The position numbers and the translations under genes are program-made. From contig SHXO01000003.1 of the NCBI GenBank assembly GCA_009693245.1, forward strand, positions 4,207-68,206: 64,000 bases of DNA, given 5' to 3'. Within the stretch, counting starts at the first letter, position 1. Every line of letters starts with the position of its first letter. Shown here in pieces: positions 30,458 through 40,554 of the stretch. The notes under the pieces were generated by a model. The model searched no databases, was not told the DNA's origin, and was given only the letters and a program-made list of their open reading frames with translations. Source of the stretch: Betaproteobacteria bacterium (lineage in GTDB: Bacteria; Pseudomonadota; Gammaproteobacteria; Burkholderiales; SHXO01).

Positions 30458-30613
30458 TCGTTCGAATCAACTCGCATTCCCCGCGCTTTTGGTGCGGGGC
30501 TAATTTCGAGGGATTCCAAAGGGGGCGAAGCGGTTGTTGCGTAGTCCCCTTTGGTCAAGGGCGGGGTCGATACCCCGCCCGCGAAGTTCCCCTTCAATCA
30601 CTAAGGAGGCGTA

Positions 30614-31483
30614 ATGAGTTGGCTTCAGAAGCTTTTACCGCCTAAGATCAAACGTAGCCCAGGCACCACGAAGAAAGCGGTTCCCGAGGGGTTGTGGACC
30701 AAGTGCGATACCTGCGAATCCGTGCTCTACCGCGCGGACTTGGAGCAAAGCGTCCACGTGTGCCCGAAATGCGGGCATCACAACCGTGTGTCCGCCCGCG
30801 AGCGTCTGGAGATGATGCTGGACCCCGAGGGCCAGTACGAAGTCGGCTCCGAAGTGCTTCCGGTGGATTTTCTGAAGTTCGTGGACAGCAGGAAATACTC
30901 GGAGCGATTGCTGGCCGACAGCGAGCAATCTGGCGAAACCGATGCCCTGGTTGTGATCCAGGGCACCATCAAGACCGTTCCCGTCGTGGCGGCCGCCTTC
31001 GAATTCCGCTTCATGGGCGGTTCCATGGGGTCGGTCGTGGGGGAGCGTTTTGTGCGGGGCGTGCAGTGCGCCATCGAGCAGAAGGTGCCCTTCATCTGCT
31101 TCTCCGCCAGCGGCGGGGCGCGCATGCAAGAAGGTCTCATGTCGCTCATGCAAATGGCCAAGACCACGGCGGCCCTCACGCAATTGGCGGCGGAACACTT
31201 ACCCTTCATCTCCGTGCTAACCGACCCCACCATGGGCGGTGTGTCGGCCAGTTTCGCCATGATCGGCGATGTAGTGATCGCCGAACCGGGCGCGCTCATA
31301 GGTTTCGCGGGGCCGCGCGTCATCGAGCAGACCACCAAGCAGACATTGCCGGAAGGTTTTCAACGCGCCGAATTTCTGCTGGATCACGGCGCCGTGGACA
31401 TGATCGTGGACCGGCGCGAAATGCGCGATCGTTTGGCCCGGCTTGCCACCTTGCTCATGCGCGCGCCGGTATTGCAACAATAG
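30614..31483 (+). CDS. accD: acetyl-CoA carboxylase carboxyltransferase beta subunit
   Basis: Zinc ribbon CDTC...CPKCGHH, with an aaggagg RBS. Confidence 0.97.
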   Translation: MSWLQKLLPPKIKRSPGTTKKAVPEGLWTKCDTCESVLYRADLEQSVHVCPKCGHHNRVSARERLEMMLDPEGQYEVGSEVLPVDFLKFVDSRKYSERLLADSEQSGETDALVVIQGTIKTVPVVAAAFEFRFMGGSMGSVVGERFVRGVQCAIEQKVPFICFSASGGARMQEGLMSLMQMAKTTAALTQLAAEHLPFISVLTDPTMGGVSASFAMIGDVVIAEPGALIGFAGPRVIEQTTKQTLPEGFQRAEFLLDHGAVDMIVDRREMRDRLARLATLLMRAPVLQQ

Positions 31484-32772
31484 GCAACCTCATCGAATCC
31501 CCCCAGGGAAACGATTTCCCGCACACGCTGGCGGACTGGCTCGCGCACCTCGAACGGCTGCGCCCCAAGACCATCGAATTAGGTCTTGCCAGGGTGCAAA
31601 GCGTGTGGGCGCGCATGGGGATCACGGTTACCTTCCCCATCCTCACCGTGGGAGGCACCAACGGCAAAGGCTCGACCTGCGCTTTTCTGGAAAGCATGTT
31701 GCGCTGCGCGGGTTATGCCGTGGCCAGTTATTCCTCGCCCCACCTGCTGCGTTATAACGAACGCGTGCGGGTCCGCGGCAAGGCGGTGGATGATGAAACT
31801 TTGTGCGCGGCTTTGCGCAAAGTCGAAGCGGCGCGCGGCTCGGTTCCCTTGACCTTCTTCGAGTTCGGTACCTTGGCCGCCATGCAAGTGTTCGTTGACG
31901 CGGCCGTGGAAGTGGCGGTCATGGAGGTGGGGTTGGGCGGGCGCCTGGACGCGGTGAACTTATTCCAGCCCAGTTGCGCGGCCGTCACCCAAATTGGGAT
32001 CGATCATGTGGATTACCTTGGACCCACGCGCGAATCCATCGGCTTCGAGAAGGCGGGAATATTCAGGCCGGGCGTCGTGGCCATTTGCGCGGACGATGAT
32101 CCGCCGGCGAGTCTGACAGAGCACGCGCGCGCCATCGCCGCGGACCTTAAATTAACCGGCCAGGACTTTGGTTGGCGCGCACAAGCGGGTCAATGGGAGT
32201 ATTGGAGCTGGCGCGGGCAGCGTAAGGGGCTGCCATGGCCCGCGCTGCGGGGCCGCATACAGCTGGCCAACGCCGCCACCGCCATGGCGGTGCTCGACGC
32301 GCTGCATGAACGGCTCCCCGTGGACATGGGCGCGGTGCGGCGTGGCTTGGTGGAGGTGGAACTGCAAGGGCGCTTCCAGGTGCTGCCCGGCCAGCCCGTG
32401 GTGGTACTCGACGTGGCCCACAATCCGAGTGCCGCGCGGCGCTTGGCGGAGAATCTCGCCGATCAAGGAAAATTCTCCTCGACCATGGCCGTGCTGGGAA
32501 TGTTGAAGGACAAGGATATCGAAGGGGTGGTGGCGCAATTGGCGAGCGTCGCTGATCGTTGGTTTCTAGCGGATCTTTCCGGGCCGCGCGCGGCCACCGC
32601 GCAGCGCTTGGCGCGGGCGCTCGAGTCCGCGGGAGCGCAACGTCATTCATCGCACGCATCGCCCGCCGAAGCTTTTGCCACCGCCGAAAGTGTCGCGCAA
32701 GCCGGTGATAGAATCGTCGTGTCTGGTTCGTTTTACACCGTTGCCGGCGTGCTCGCACTGCTGGGCCGCTGA
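31471..32772 (+). CDS. folC: bifunctional folylpolyglutamate synthase/dihydrofolate synthase (start codon unresolved)
   Basis: [12 protein letters not shown]...[10 protein letters not shown] is the FolC pattern. There is no in-frame ATG, GTG or TTG between 30694 and the conserved N-terminus. Candidate starts are ATT 31471, ATC 31492 and CTG 31528. Confidence 0.85.
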   Translation: MATIGNLIESPQGNDFPHTLADWLAHLERLRPKTIELGLARVQSVWARMGITVTFPILTVGGTNGKGSTCAFLESMLRCAGYAVASYSSPHLLRYNERVRVRGKAVDDETLCAALRKVEAARGSVPLTFFEFGTLAAMQVFVDAAVEVAVMEVGLGGRLDAVNLFQPSCAAVTQIGIDHVDYLGPTRESIGFEKAGIFRPGVVAICADDDPPASLTEHARAIAADLKLTGQDFGWRAQAGQWEYWSWRGQRKGLPWPALRGRIQLANAATAMAVLDALHERLPVDMGAVRRGLVEVELQGRFQVLPGQPVVVLDVAHNPSAARRLAENLADQGKFSSTMAVLGMLKDKDIEGVVAQLASVADRWFLADLSGPRAATAQRLARALESAGAQRHSSHASPAEAFATAESVAQAGDRIVVSGSFYTVAGVLALLGR

Positions 32773-32777
32773 ACATC

Positions 32778-33359
32778 ATGGCAAAGGCCGCCATTTCGCA
32801 AGAGGAAATCCAACTCAGGAAACGTGCACGCCGCCGGCTCGTGGGCGCGAGTTTCATGGTGTTAGTCATGATCGTGATCTTGCCGGTGATCCTGGATTCC
32901 GAGCCCAGGCCGCAGGGGGAATCGGTGCGCGTGCAAATGCCTGCCCCAGTGCGCGAGGTGCAATCGCCGCCTGTCCCGGAATCCTCCGCTAACGCCGCTG
33001 CCACCGAAACCCCCGAGCAGCCAGAGCCGCCCGACCTTACCCCGCCCGATGCCGAGATGCAGGAAGAGGATATGGCCGTCGCTGATCAGCCGGCCGCTAG
33101 CGCCCCCGAACAAACCTCCTTGGTGATACAACTTGGCGCGTTTTCCAACCCAGACAACGCACGCCAGCTCAAGGATGCGCTTCTGGCGCAAGGAATAAAG
33201 GCATTCTCCGAAGTGGTCAAATCAGGGAGCTCCGCCAAAACCCGGGTGCGCGCAGGCCCCTTCGATTCCCTTGCCGAGGCTGAGCGCATTCAAGCTCGCA
33301 TCGCGAAGATGAAGCTCAAGTTGGGCATGGAACCCAAAATTGCCGACCATGGCCAATAG
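32778..33359 (+). CDS. dedD: SPOR domain cell-division protein
   Basis: TM helix, Pro/Glu-rich linker and a C-terminal SPOR domain (LVIQLGAFSNPDNARQL...). It occupies the dedD position between folC and cvpA, as in E. coli. Confidence 0.75.
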   Translation: MAKAAISQEEIQLRKRARRRLVGASFMVLVMIVILPVILDSEPRPQGESVRVQMPAPVREVQSPPVPESSANAAATETPEQPEPPDLTPPDAEMQEEDMAVADQPAASAPEQTSLVIQLGAFSNPDNARQLKDALLAQGIKAFSEVVKSGSSAKTRVRAGPFDSLAEAERIQARIAKMKLKLGMEPKIADHGQ

Positions 33360-33852
33360 CGCCCTCACTTTGTTCGACTATGCCGTCCTGGGCATTCTCG
33401 CGGTGTCCGTCCTGTTGGGAGTGGTGCGCGGCGCGGTGCGTGAAGTGTTCTCCCTGGGCGCGTGGATCGGGGCTTTCTTCATAGCCCGCGCGCTCTACGA
33501 GCCATTGTCCATCCATGCCCCCGAAGGTATTGCCAGCCCAGCCTTGCGATTGCTCGCGGCTTTCACCGCGATTTTCGTGTGCGCCTTGCTCTTGCTCATG
33601 TTCGTGAGCCGGTCGCTATCGCAGCTTGTGAAGCACGCGGGTCTGGGCACCCTGGACCGTGCCCTGGGCTCGGTGTTTGGAACCTTTCGCGGAGCGCTGA
33701 TCGCGGTGGTGTTGGTGTTGGTGGCTGGGCTCACGCCCTTACCGCGCGAAGTGTTCTGGCGTAACGCCATGTTCAGCCCGCCGTTGGAAGCCGCGGCGAA
33801 GGGTGTGCTGCCTTTCATGCCAGAGGCTTTTCAGAAAAGAGTGGCGTACTAG
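33340..33852 (+). CDS. cvpA: CvpA family membrane protein
   Basis: LFDYAVLGILAVSVLLGVVRG. The start may be 33349. Confidence 0.88.
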   Translation: MPTMANSALTLFDYAVLGILAVSVLLGVVRGAVREVFSLGAWIGAFFIARALYEPLSIHAPEGIASPALRLLAAFTAIFVCALLLLMFVSRSLSQLVKHAGLGTLDRALGSVFGTFRGALIAVVLVLVAGLTPLPREVFWRNAMFSPPLEAAAKGVLPFMPEAFQKRVAY

Positions 33853-33906
33853 GACAGGTATACTTGCGCGCCTTGAGAGACGGCCCCAGGGGAGGAGCAA
33901 CGCGGC

Positions 33907-35424
33907 ATGTGTGGAATCATCGGTGTGGTTGCGAAAGGTCCCGTCAACCAACTTCTCTACGATGGGCTATTGGTGCTGCAGCACCGCGGGCAAGATGCCG
34001 CGGGGATCTCCACTTCGCAAGCGGATAATTTCCACCTGCACAAAGGCCCCGGCTTGGTGCGCGACGTGTTTCGCACTCGAAACATGCGCGCGCTGCGCGG
34101 TAACGCGGGCATCGCCCATTGCCGGTATCCCACGGCTGGCTCCGCGTTCGAAGAAGCCGAAGCCCAGCCCCTTTACGTGAATTCCCCCTTTGGCATCACG
34201 CTAGGCCATAACGGCAATCTCACGAATACCAACCAACTCAAGAGCGAATTGTTCCGGCAGGACTTACGGCACGTCAACACCAATTCGGATTCTGAAGTCC
34301 TGCTCAACGTATTGGCCCACGAACTGCAAGAGCATTGCACGTCTTCGCAACTGGACCCGGATACGATTTTCATGGCGGTGGCCGGTGTACACCGGCGCTG
34401 CCGCGGTGCCTACGCCTGCGTTGCCATGATCGCCGGTTACGGCCTGCTTGCCTTTCGCGACCCCTTCGGCATCCGGCCTCTGGTGATCGGCTCCGTTATG
34501 ACGGATAAGGGAAGGGAGTATGCCGTGGCCTCCGAGAGCGTGGCCCTGGATACCCTGGGGTTTCATTTGGTGCGCGACGTGCAACCCGGCGAGGCTGTGT
34601 TCATCGACTTGGACGGCAATTTCCACAGCCGCCAGTGCGCTTTGCGCAGTTCCCACAATCCGTGCATGTTCGAGTTTGTCTACCTTGCCAGGCCCGATTC
34701 CGTGATCGACGGCATCTCGGTGTACGAGACCAGGTTGCGCATGGGCGAGAGTTTGGGGGACAAGATCAAGCGGCAGTACGGGAATTTGGATATCGACGTG
34801 GTCATCCCCATTCCGGATTCCAGCCGCCCTTCCGCCATGGAACTGGCCAAGCGCCTGAATCTGAGCTACCGCGAGGGCTTCATCAAGAACCGGTATATCG
34901 GCCGTACCTTCATCATGCCGGGGCAGGAAGTGCGCAAGAAATCCGTGCGCCAGAAGTTGAACGCCATTTCCATGGAATTCAAGGGCAAGAACGTGCTGCT
35001 GGTGGACGATTCCATCGTGCGGGGTACGACGAGCCGCGAGATCGTGCAGATGGCGCGCGAATCTGGCGCTAACAAGGTGTTCTTCGCCTCAGCCGCGCCT
35101 CCGATCCGCTTCCCCAATGTCTATGGTATCGACATGCCCAGCCCCAGGGAGCTTATCGCCACGGGGCGTGACGATGAGGGTGTCGCACGCGAAATCGGCG
35201 CCGACCATTTGATTTACCAGGATCTCGGCGCCTTGATACGGGATGTATCCTCCGTCAATCCGCGTATCGAGAATTTCGAGATTTCCTGCTTTAACGGGCA
35301 TTACATAACGGGAGATGTGACTCAGGAATACCTCGCCGGTGTCGAGGCCGGGCGCAATGGCACGCCCGGCAAGGAGAGTACCCAGGGGTACCAGTTGGAT
35401 CTCATCCCCGCCGATGCGGAGTAG
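33907..35424 (+). CDS. purF: amidophosphoribosyltransferase
   Basis: MCGIIGV N-terminal nucleophile, 505 aa. Confidence 0.97.
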   Translation: MCGIIGVVAKGPVNQLLYDGLLVLQHRGQDAAGISTSQADNFHLHKGPGLVRDVFRTRNMRALRGNAGIAHCRYPTAGSAFEEAEAQPLYVNSPFGITLGHNGNLTNTNQLKSELFRQDLRHVNTNSDSEVLLNVLAHELQEHCTSSQLDPDTIFMAVAGVHRRCRGAYACVAMIAGYGLLAFRDPFGIRPLVIGSVMTDKGREYAVASESVALDTLGFHLVRDVQPGEAVFIDLDGNFHSRQCALRSSHNPCMFEFVYLARPDSVIDGISVYETRLRMGESLGDKIKRQYGNLDIDVVIPIPDSSRPSAMELAKRLNLSYREGFIKNRYIGRTFIMPGQEVRKKSVRQKLNAISMEFKGKNVLLVDDSIVRGTTSREIVQMARESGANKVFFASAAPPIRFPNVYGIDMPSPRELIATGRDDEGVAREIGADHLIYQDLGALIRDVSSVNPRIENFEISCFNGHYITGDVTQEYLAGVEAGRNGTPGKESTQGYQLDLIPADAE

Positions 35425-35661
35425 CGCCCTGGGGCGCCAGGACCCTGAGGTTACATACATTCGCGTGCTCTTTACAGGCCGCCGCCGGATGGGCTACTCT
35501 GCGGTTGCAGTACGCTGAGCCAGTGCTCAAGAGATTGCAGCCGCTTAAAAGGACCGTAAGAGTCAGAGAGGGGGACATAATTCACTTTTCTTATCTGCAG
35601 GGCTCGCGCGGGAGTTGGCGAGCGGATGCTTTTGGATCATGATCTATAGGAGACACAAGCA

Positions 35662-36537
35662 ATGAAAAAGTCTAGTTTAGTGGCCGCGGCCGTTGGCGCG
35701 GCGTTAATGGCAGGGTCCTTGGCTGCGTCCGCGCAAGTCAAGCAAGTCTATTGGACCACCAGTGGATTCTTCGGGCCATTCCCGATTACCGGGTTGATTC
35801 CCACGATTCCAAAAGATAAGCAGCGCGACATCACCGTTCCGGTCAGCATGTGGATCATCGACCACCCCAAGGGTTTGGTGATCTTCGACACCGGTAATAA
35901 CAAGGCCGTTTCCGATAGTATGTCGAATTGCAAGTCCTATTGGGCGCCCGGCAATTGCGATTTTCTGAAGCCGAGCCAAAAAGCCGAGGACGTGATCGAT
36001 ATGCAGATCAAGAAGCTCGGGTACGATTCTTCCAAGGTGAAGGTCGTGATCACCTCCCACTCCCACCTGGACCACATCGGCAACATAGAGGCCTTCCCGA
36101 ATGCGATCCACGTCATGCAAAAGAAAGAGCTCTATCAAGCGTGGTTCCCGGAGAAGTTCCAGGGCCGCTCCACCCCCGGTACCTTCGTGATGGCCGATAT
36201 CGACAACGCTCGTGAGTTCAATTATCTTGAACTCGAAGGCGACTACGATCTCTTCGGCGATGGCAGCGTGCTGATTCTGAGCACACCCGGCCATACCCTG
36301 GGCCACCAGTCCGTCAAGTTGAAGCTCGCCAGCGGCCGGTCCATCATCATATCGCAAGACGCCATCTGGATGCAGGAAAACCTCGACGGCCACCCCGCCG
36401 GATTGAACTACAGCGTGAAGGATTACACCGCATCGTTGAATCGCCTGAAGTTCATGCGTGACCTCGAAGGTGCCGATCTGTTCATGGCGCACGACCAGGA
36501 TCAGTACGCCGCCAAGGGCGGACGCTGGCATAAATAA
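35662..36537 (+). CDS. secreted MBL-fold hydrolase, N-acyl-homoserine-lactonase-like
   Basis: Signal peptide ...SLAASAQ and the metallo-beta-lactamase motif HSHLDH. Confidence 0.75.
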   Translation: MKKSSLVAAAVGAALMAGSLAASAQVKQVYWTTSGFFGPFPITGLIPTIPKDKQRDITVPVSMWIIDHPKGLVIFDTGNNKAVSDSMSNCKSYWAPGNCDFLKPSQKAEDVIDMQIKKLGYDSSKVKVVITSHSHLDHIGNIEAFPNAIHVMQKKELYQAWFPEKFQGRSTPGTFVMADIDNAREFNYLELEGDYDLFGDGSVLILSTPGHTLGHQSVKLKLASGRSIIISQDAIWMQENLDGHPAGLNYSVKDYTASLNRLKFMRDLEGADLFMAHDQDQYAAKGGRWHK

Positions 36538-36563
36538 GAAGTTGCATTTTTGAAGTTTAGAAG

Positions 36564-36589
36564 GGCCCCCATCCGGGGGCCTTTCTTTT
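36564..36589 (+). terminator. rho-independent terminator
   Basis: ggccccc-atcc-gggggcc followed by tttctttt. Confidence 0.85.
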
Positions 36590-36609
36590 GTTAGTCATTC
36601 GGTTCCCCA

Positions 36610-37572
36610 ATGCCTACAGCGATATCACTTGAGTCGGTTAGCAAACGCTACGGCTCCAAGACCATCATTCACGACCTCTCCTTCTCGGTGGCGAAGGGCG
36701 AAATCGTCGGTTTCCTGGGGCCGAACGGCGCGGGCAAAACAACGACCATGAGGATGATCGCGGGTTTCACCACCGCCACGTCTGGCACCGTGCGAGTAGC
36801 CGGCCACGACATGGCATCGGACAACGAGGCGGCGGCGAAAAAATTGGGTTACCTGCCGGAGCACCCCCCCCTCTACGACACCTTGCACGTATCGCAGTAC
36901 CTGAGTTTTGTCGCCAATGTAAAAGGGGTGCCGCGAGGGCAAATCCCGCGTGAAATCGAACGGGTCTCCAACTCATGCAAGCTCGATGAGGTATTGAAGA
37001 GCGAGGTGTACAAACTTTCCAAGGGTTACCGGCAGCGTGTCGGCTTGGCGCAAGCACTCCTAGGGAACCCCGAAGTGTTGTTGCTCGATGAACCCACGGC
37101 GGGGCTAGATCCCGGCCAGATTCAAGAGACGCGCGAGGTGATACGCGCTTTTGGCCAGACGAACGCCGTGCTTCTCAGCACGCACATTCTTCCCGAGGTG
37201 ACGATGATTTGCCAGCGCGTCGCCATCATCGATCATGGCCGGCTGCTCGCAGTGGATTCTCCCGCGAATTTAAGGCGCGCGTCCGAACAAACCAATCGCG
37301 TGCTGTTGACTGCGGTTGCGCCCGCCGAGGCCATTAAGAACGAGCTTCTGGCGGTTGGCGGTGTAGAGCAGGTTCATGTCACACAGGGCGCCAGCGAGGA
37401 CATCATCCACGTCGAATGCCAGATCGGCGCACACGATGGCGTTGAAGCCAAAATTGCTCGCGCCGTGGCCGGGCGCTGGGATTTGCTGCGGCTGGAGCGG
37501 CAGCAACCGACTCTGGAGAATATCTTCCTGAAATATGTGAGCGCGCAGCGCGAGAAAGGGGCGGGCACATGA
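36610..37572 (+). CDS. ABC transporter ATP-binding protein (ABC-2/GldA-like)
   Basis: Walker A GPNGAGKTT, signature LSKGYRQR, Walker B LLLDEP. Confidence 0.92.
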   Translation: MPTAISLESVSKRYGSKTIIHDLSFSVAKGEIVGFLGPNGAGKTTTMRMIAGFTTATSGTVRVAGHDMASDNEAAAKKLGYLPEHPPLYDTLHVSQYLSFVANVKGVPRGQIPREIERVSNSCKLDEVLKSEVYKLSKGYRQRVGLAQALLGNPEVLLLDEPTAGLDPGQIQETREVIRAFGQTNAVLLSTHILPEVTMICQRVAIIDHGRLLAVDSPANLRRASEQTNRVLLTAVAPAEAIKNELLAVGGVEQVHVTQGASEDIIHVECQIGAHDGVEAKIARAVAGRWDLLRLERQQPTLENIFLKYVSAQREKGAGT

Positions 37573-38276
37573 GAAGCATGGCGGCGGTCTATAACAAGGA
37601 GATATTGACCTACTTCCGCTCGCCGATCGCCTATTTCGTTGTGGCGGTATTTCTCCTCGGCACGGGATACTTTTTCCTCTTTAACGTCTTCTTGACGGGC
37701 AGCGCCAATATGGACACGACGCTGCAAAACATGGGGATCCTGCTGGTGACGCTCTCGCCTTTCATCTCCATGCGCTTGTTCTCCGCGGAGTACAGCGCCC
37801 GAACCATGGAGTTGCTCGCCACACTTCCGCTCAAGCCATGGCAGATTGTGTTCGGCAAATTTCTGGGCGCGGCGACGATTCTTCTTCTGCTCACGGTATG
37901 CACCATGGTGAATCTGGTGCCGCTCTATCTCTATGGCAATCCGGAAATGAGTACGGTGTTCGCGGGATATCTGGGTTTCTTTTTACTCGGCATGGCATGT
38001 ATCGCCGTGGGCCAGCTCTTCTCCGCGCTGACCCAAAACCAGATCGTTGCCGCGCTGGTCACGGTGGCGGTACTACTGGCCTTCTGGTACGTGGGGCATT
38101 TGCGCAATTACCAAGGCCCCGGCGTGCTGCGCGAACTCAGCAGTTACCTTTCCTTCGCCTTGCATTATGGCGATTTCATACAAGGGTTGCTGCGTAGCGA
38201 GGCAGCCGCTTTCTACTTATTGGTATGCGCCGCCGCGATGACGCTCAACGCGGCCTACCTCGAATGGCGGCGTTGA
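37569..38276 (+). CDS. ABC-2 type permease (GldF-like)
   Basis: 235 aa, 6 hydrophobic segments, ATGA overlap with the ATPase gene. Confidence 0.8.
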   Translation: MRSMAAVYNKEILTYFRSPIAYFVVAVFLLGTGYFFLFNVFLTGSANMDTTLQNMGILLVTLSPFISMRLFSAEYSARTMELLATLPLKPWQIVFGKFLGAATILLLLTVCTMVNLVPLYLYGNPEMSTVFAGYLGFFLLGMACIAVGQLFSALTQNQIVAALVTVAVLLAFWYVGHLRNYQGPGVLRELSSYLSFALHYGDFIQGLLRSEAAAFYLLVCAAAMTLNAAYLEWRR

Positions 38277-38281
38277 AGAAC

Positions 38282-39919
38282 ATGAGTTCCTTTCGCGCTG
38301 GAATGATTTTGTTGCTGGGCGTCGCGTTGGTGGCGGTGGCGGCAGTTGCGCACACCATCCTGATGCGGCACCAAGTCTGGACTAGTCTGGTCGCTCTCGC
38401 CGGGGTTGGGCTCATGGTATTCGGGGCCAGCGCCATGCGGCGCGAGTTGGCGGGAATGCTGGGGCGCCGCAGGGGCGGGATCGCCATGCAGACGCTGGGC
38501 GCCGTGGGCATTATTTGCGCGCTCGCCTATCTGTCGGTGCTCTTTCCGCTGCGTTATGACATCACGTCGAGCAAGCGCTTCTCACTTTCCGAGCAGAGCG
38601 TGAGGATGTTGCGTGCCATCGACAAGCCGGTGAAGATCACCTTCTTCCACGACCCCATGATGCGCGAGACCGTGGAGCTCTACGAACTGATGGTGCGGGA
38701 GAACAAGAACCTGTCGCTGGTTCTCCACGACCCGGTGCTCAATCCCGCGCAGGCGCGCATGATGAACGTGCAATTCGCCGGCATTGCGATCCTGGAGAGC
38801 GAGGATCGCAGGATTCAGATCAACGGCCCTTCCGAGACGGATATCGCGAACGGAATCCTGCGCGCTTCGCAGGGCAAGAAGCAGTTGGTGTGTTTTCTGG
38901 ACGGGCACGGCGAGGCGGACGCCTTCAGCCAGGAATCCCACGATCATATGGAAGGGGCCGCGGGCCACTCTCACGGGATGGGTGCCAAAGTGGTGTTGCA
39001 CGAGCAGCATGGCATGGCCAAGGCGCGCCAGGCGCTGGAGAGCATGAATTACAGCGCCGAGAAGATTTCCCTCGTCAAGACGGAACATACCCTCAAGCGC
39101 TGCGCCTTGCTGATCGCCGCCGGGCCCAAGGTGGCGTTGCTGGATAACGAGGTGCGGGCCATCCGAACTTTTCTGCGTGAAGGCGGCAACGCTTTCTTCC
39201 TGCTCGATCCGTTCGTGAAGTCGGGGCTGGAGCCTGTTTTGGGCGAATACAGCATGGTGCTAGACGACGATATCGTCATCGATGAAACCAACCACTTCTG
39301 GGCCGATCCTTCCGCCCCCGCAGTCAGCAGTTTCAATTTTCACCAGATCACGCGCGAGCTGCCGCTGACCTTTTTCCCCGGCGCTCGCTCCATATCGCCC
39401 ACCAAGGACCGGGTGCCGGGCACTAGCGCCATCCCTCTGGTCAATTCATCCGCGCAAAGCTTCGGCGAGACCACGCAGGACCGCGCCCAATTCAATGAAG
39501 GCGTGGACCCCAAGGGGCCGCTTACCATCATGGCTGTTGCCAGGCGCAGCCCCGGCGCCGTACGCAATGCGGCGGAAATCATGGCTAACTTGCGCGGCGA
39601 GAAGCTCACGCCGGAAAAAGTCGAGGAGAAACTCGCTGATTTGGAGAAAGTGAAGCCCTCCAGGCTCGTGGTGGCGGGGGACTCGGATTTCGCCACCAAT
39701 TCCTTTTTCCATCTGCTTGGCAACGGCAAGCTGTTTCTCAACGCCGTGAATTACCTGGCTGCCCAGGAGAATTTGATCGGCATCGAGCCGCGCACCTTCG
39801 ACGTGCCGCGCGTCAACCTAACCAACCAGCAAATGAAGGGGACCTTCTTTTTGTCCCTGGCGCTCATTCCCGCCTTGCTTGCCGTAATCGGCCTCGCCGT
39901 TTGGTGGAAACAGCGTTGA
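38282..39919 (+). CDS. GldG-family ABC-transporter auxiliary protein
   Basis: N- and C-terminal TM helices flank a large soluble domain. The start is ATG 38282 or ATG 38264. Confidence 0.7.
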   Translation: MSSFRAGMILLLGVALVAVAAVAHTILMRHQVWTSLVALAGVGLMVFGASAMRRELAGMLGRRRGGIAMQTLGAVGIICALAYLSVLFPLRYDITSSKRFSLSEQSVRMLRAIDKPVKITFFHDPMMRETVELYELMVRENKNLSLVLHDPVLNPAQARMMNVQFAGIAILESEDRRIQINGPSETDIANGILRASQGKKQLVCFLDGHGEADAFSQESHDHMEGAAGHSHGMGAKVVLHEQHGMAKARQALESMNYSAEKISLVKTEHTLKRCALLIAAGPKVALLDNEVRAIRTFLREGGNAFFLLDPFVKSGLEPVLGEYSMVLDDDIVIDETNHFWADPSAPAVSSFNFHQITRELPLTFFPGARSISPTKDRVPGTSAIPLVNSSAQSFGETTQDRAQFNEGVDPKGPLTIMAVARRSPGAVRNAAEIMANLRGEKLTPEKVEEKLADLEKVKPSRLVVAGDSDFATNSFFHLLGNGKLFLNAVNYLAAQENLIGIEPRTFDVPRVNLTNQQMKGTFFLSLALIPALLAVIGLAVWWKQR

Positions 39920-40521
39920 GGGCGCGAAAAGGCATCGTCTGGGTCGTGCTGGCGGTGCTGGTGCTGGTCATCGGAATCGTGGAGTGGCGCAGTCAGGGAG
40001 AGCATGCCGGCGGCGATGGCCACGGAGAGGCAGCGGCCAGCCGCAATCTGTTACCCCTTCCGGTGGCGCAAATCGGCGCGATCGAAATCGCCCATGAAGG
40101 GCAGTTGCACCGTTTCGAGCGCGATGCCGCCGGCGAATGGTTCTATCACGGGGCTCACGCCGGGGCGGCGCCCGGGCACGAACATCTAACCAATCCTATC
40201 CTGGCGAAGCGCATGGGTGAAGCCTTTGCCGCGCTGGATAAGGCGAGGATGGAGCGCGAGGCGCCCTTGGACAAGGACAATGACCGCTTCGGAGTAGTCG
40301 TGCCCAAGATCATTCTCATCGTGTACAAGCCCCAGGAAAGCCAGCCCCTGGCGCAATATTCCATCGGTGACATGGCCCCCGACGCGCTGGTCCGCTACGT
40401 CCACTTGTTGGGAACGAACCGGGTCATTACGCTGCCCCAGTACCATATCGAAAATCTCCTCGGCGTAATCCGGGCGGCGAGTGCCACGCTACCCTTGGCG
40501 TTGCCTTCGCCTTCCAAATAA
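39901..40521 (+). CDS. DUF4340-like membrane-anchored protein
   Basis: N-terminal TM helix. It follows the GldG-like gene, as is typical. The start is ambiguous (TTG 39901 or TTG 39916). Confidence 0.55.
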   Translation: MVETALRARKGIVWVVLAVLVLVIGIVEWRSQGEHAGGDGHGEAAASRNLLPLPVAQIGAIEIAHEGQLHRFERDAAGEWFYHGAHAGAAPGHEHLTNPILAKRMGEAFAALDKARMEREAPLDKDNDRFGVVVPKIILIVYKPQESQPLAQYSIGDMAPDALVRYVHLLGTNRVITLPQYHIENLLGVIRAASATLPLALPSPSK

Positions 40522-40554
40522 CCGGCGCTGCGCAGCGAGCATGGAGCGAGTGCT

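Noticed and set aside
30694-31470. The 5' ~260 codons of the 692-aa track ORF, which would give FolC a huge N-terminal extension.
   Set aside because: This stretch is an alternative frame of accD. Its translation is Arg/Gly/His-rich nonsense, whereas the accD frame encodes a complete, conserved protein. FolC similarity only begins around 31500.
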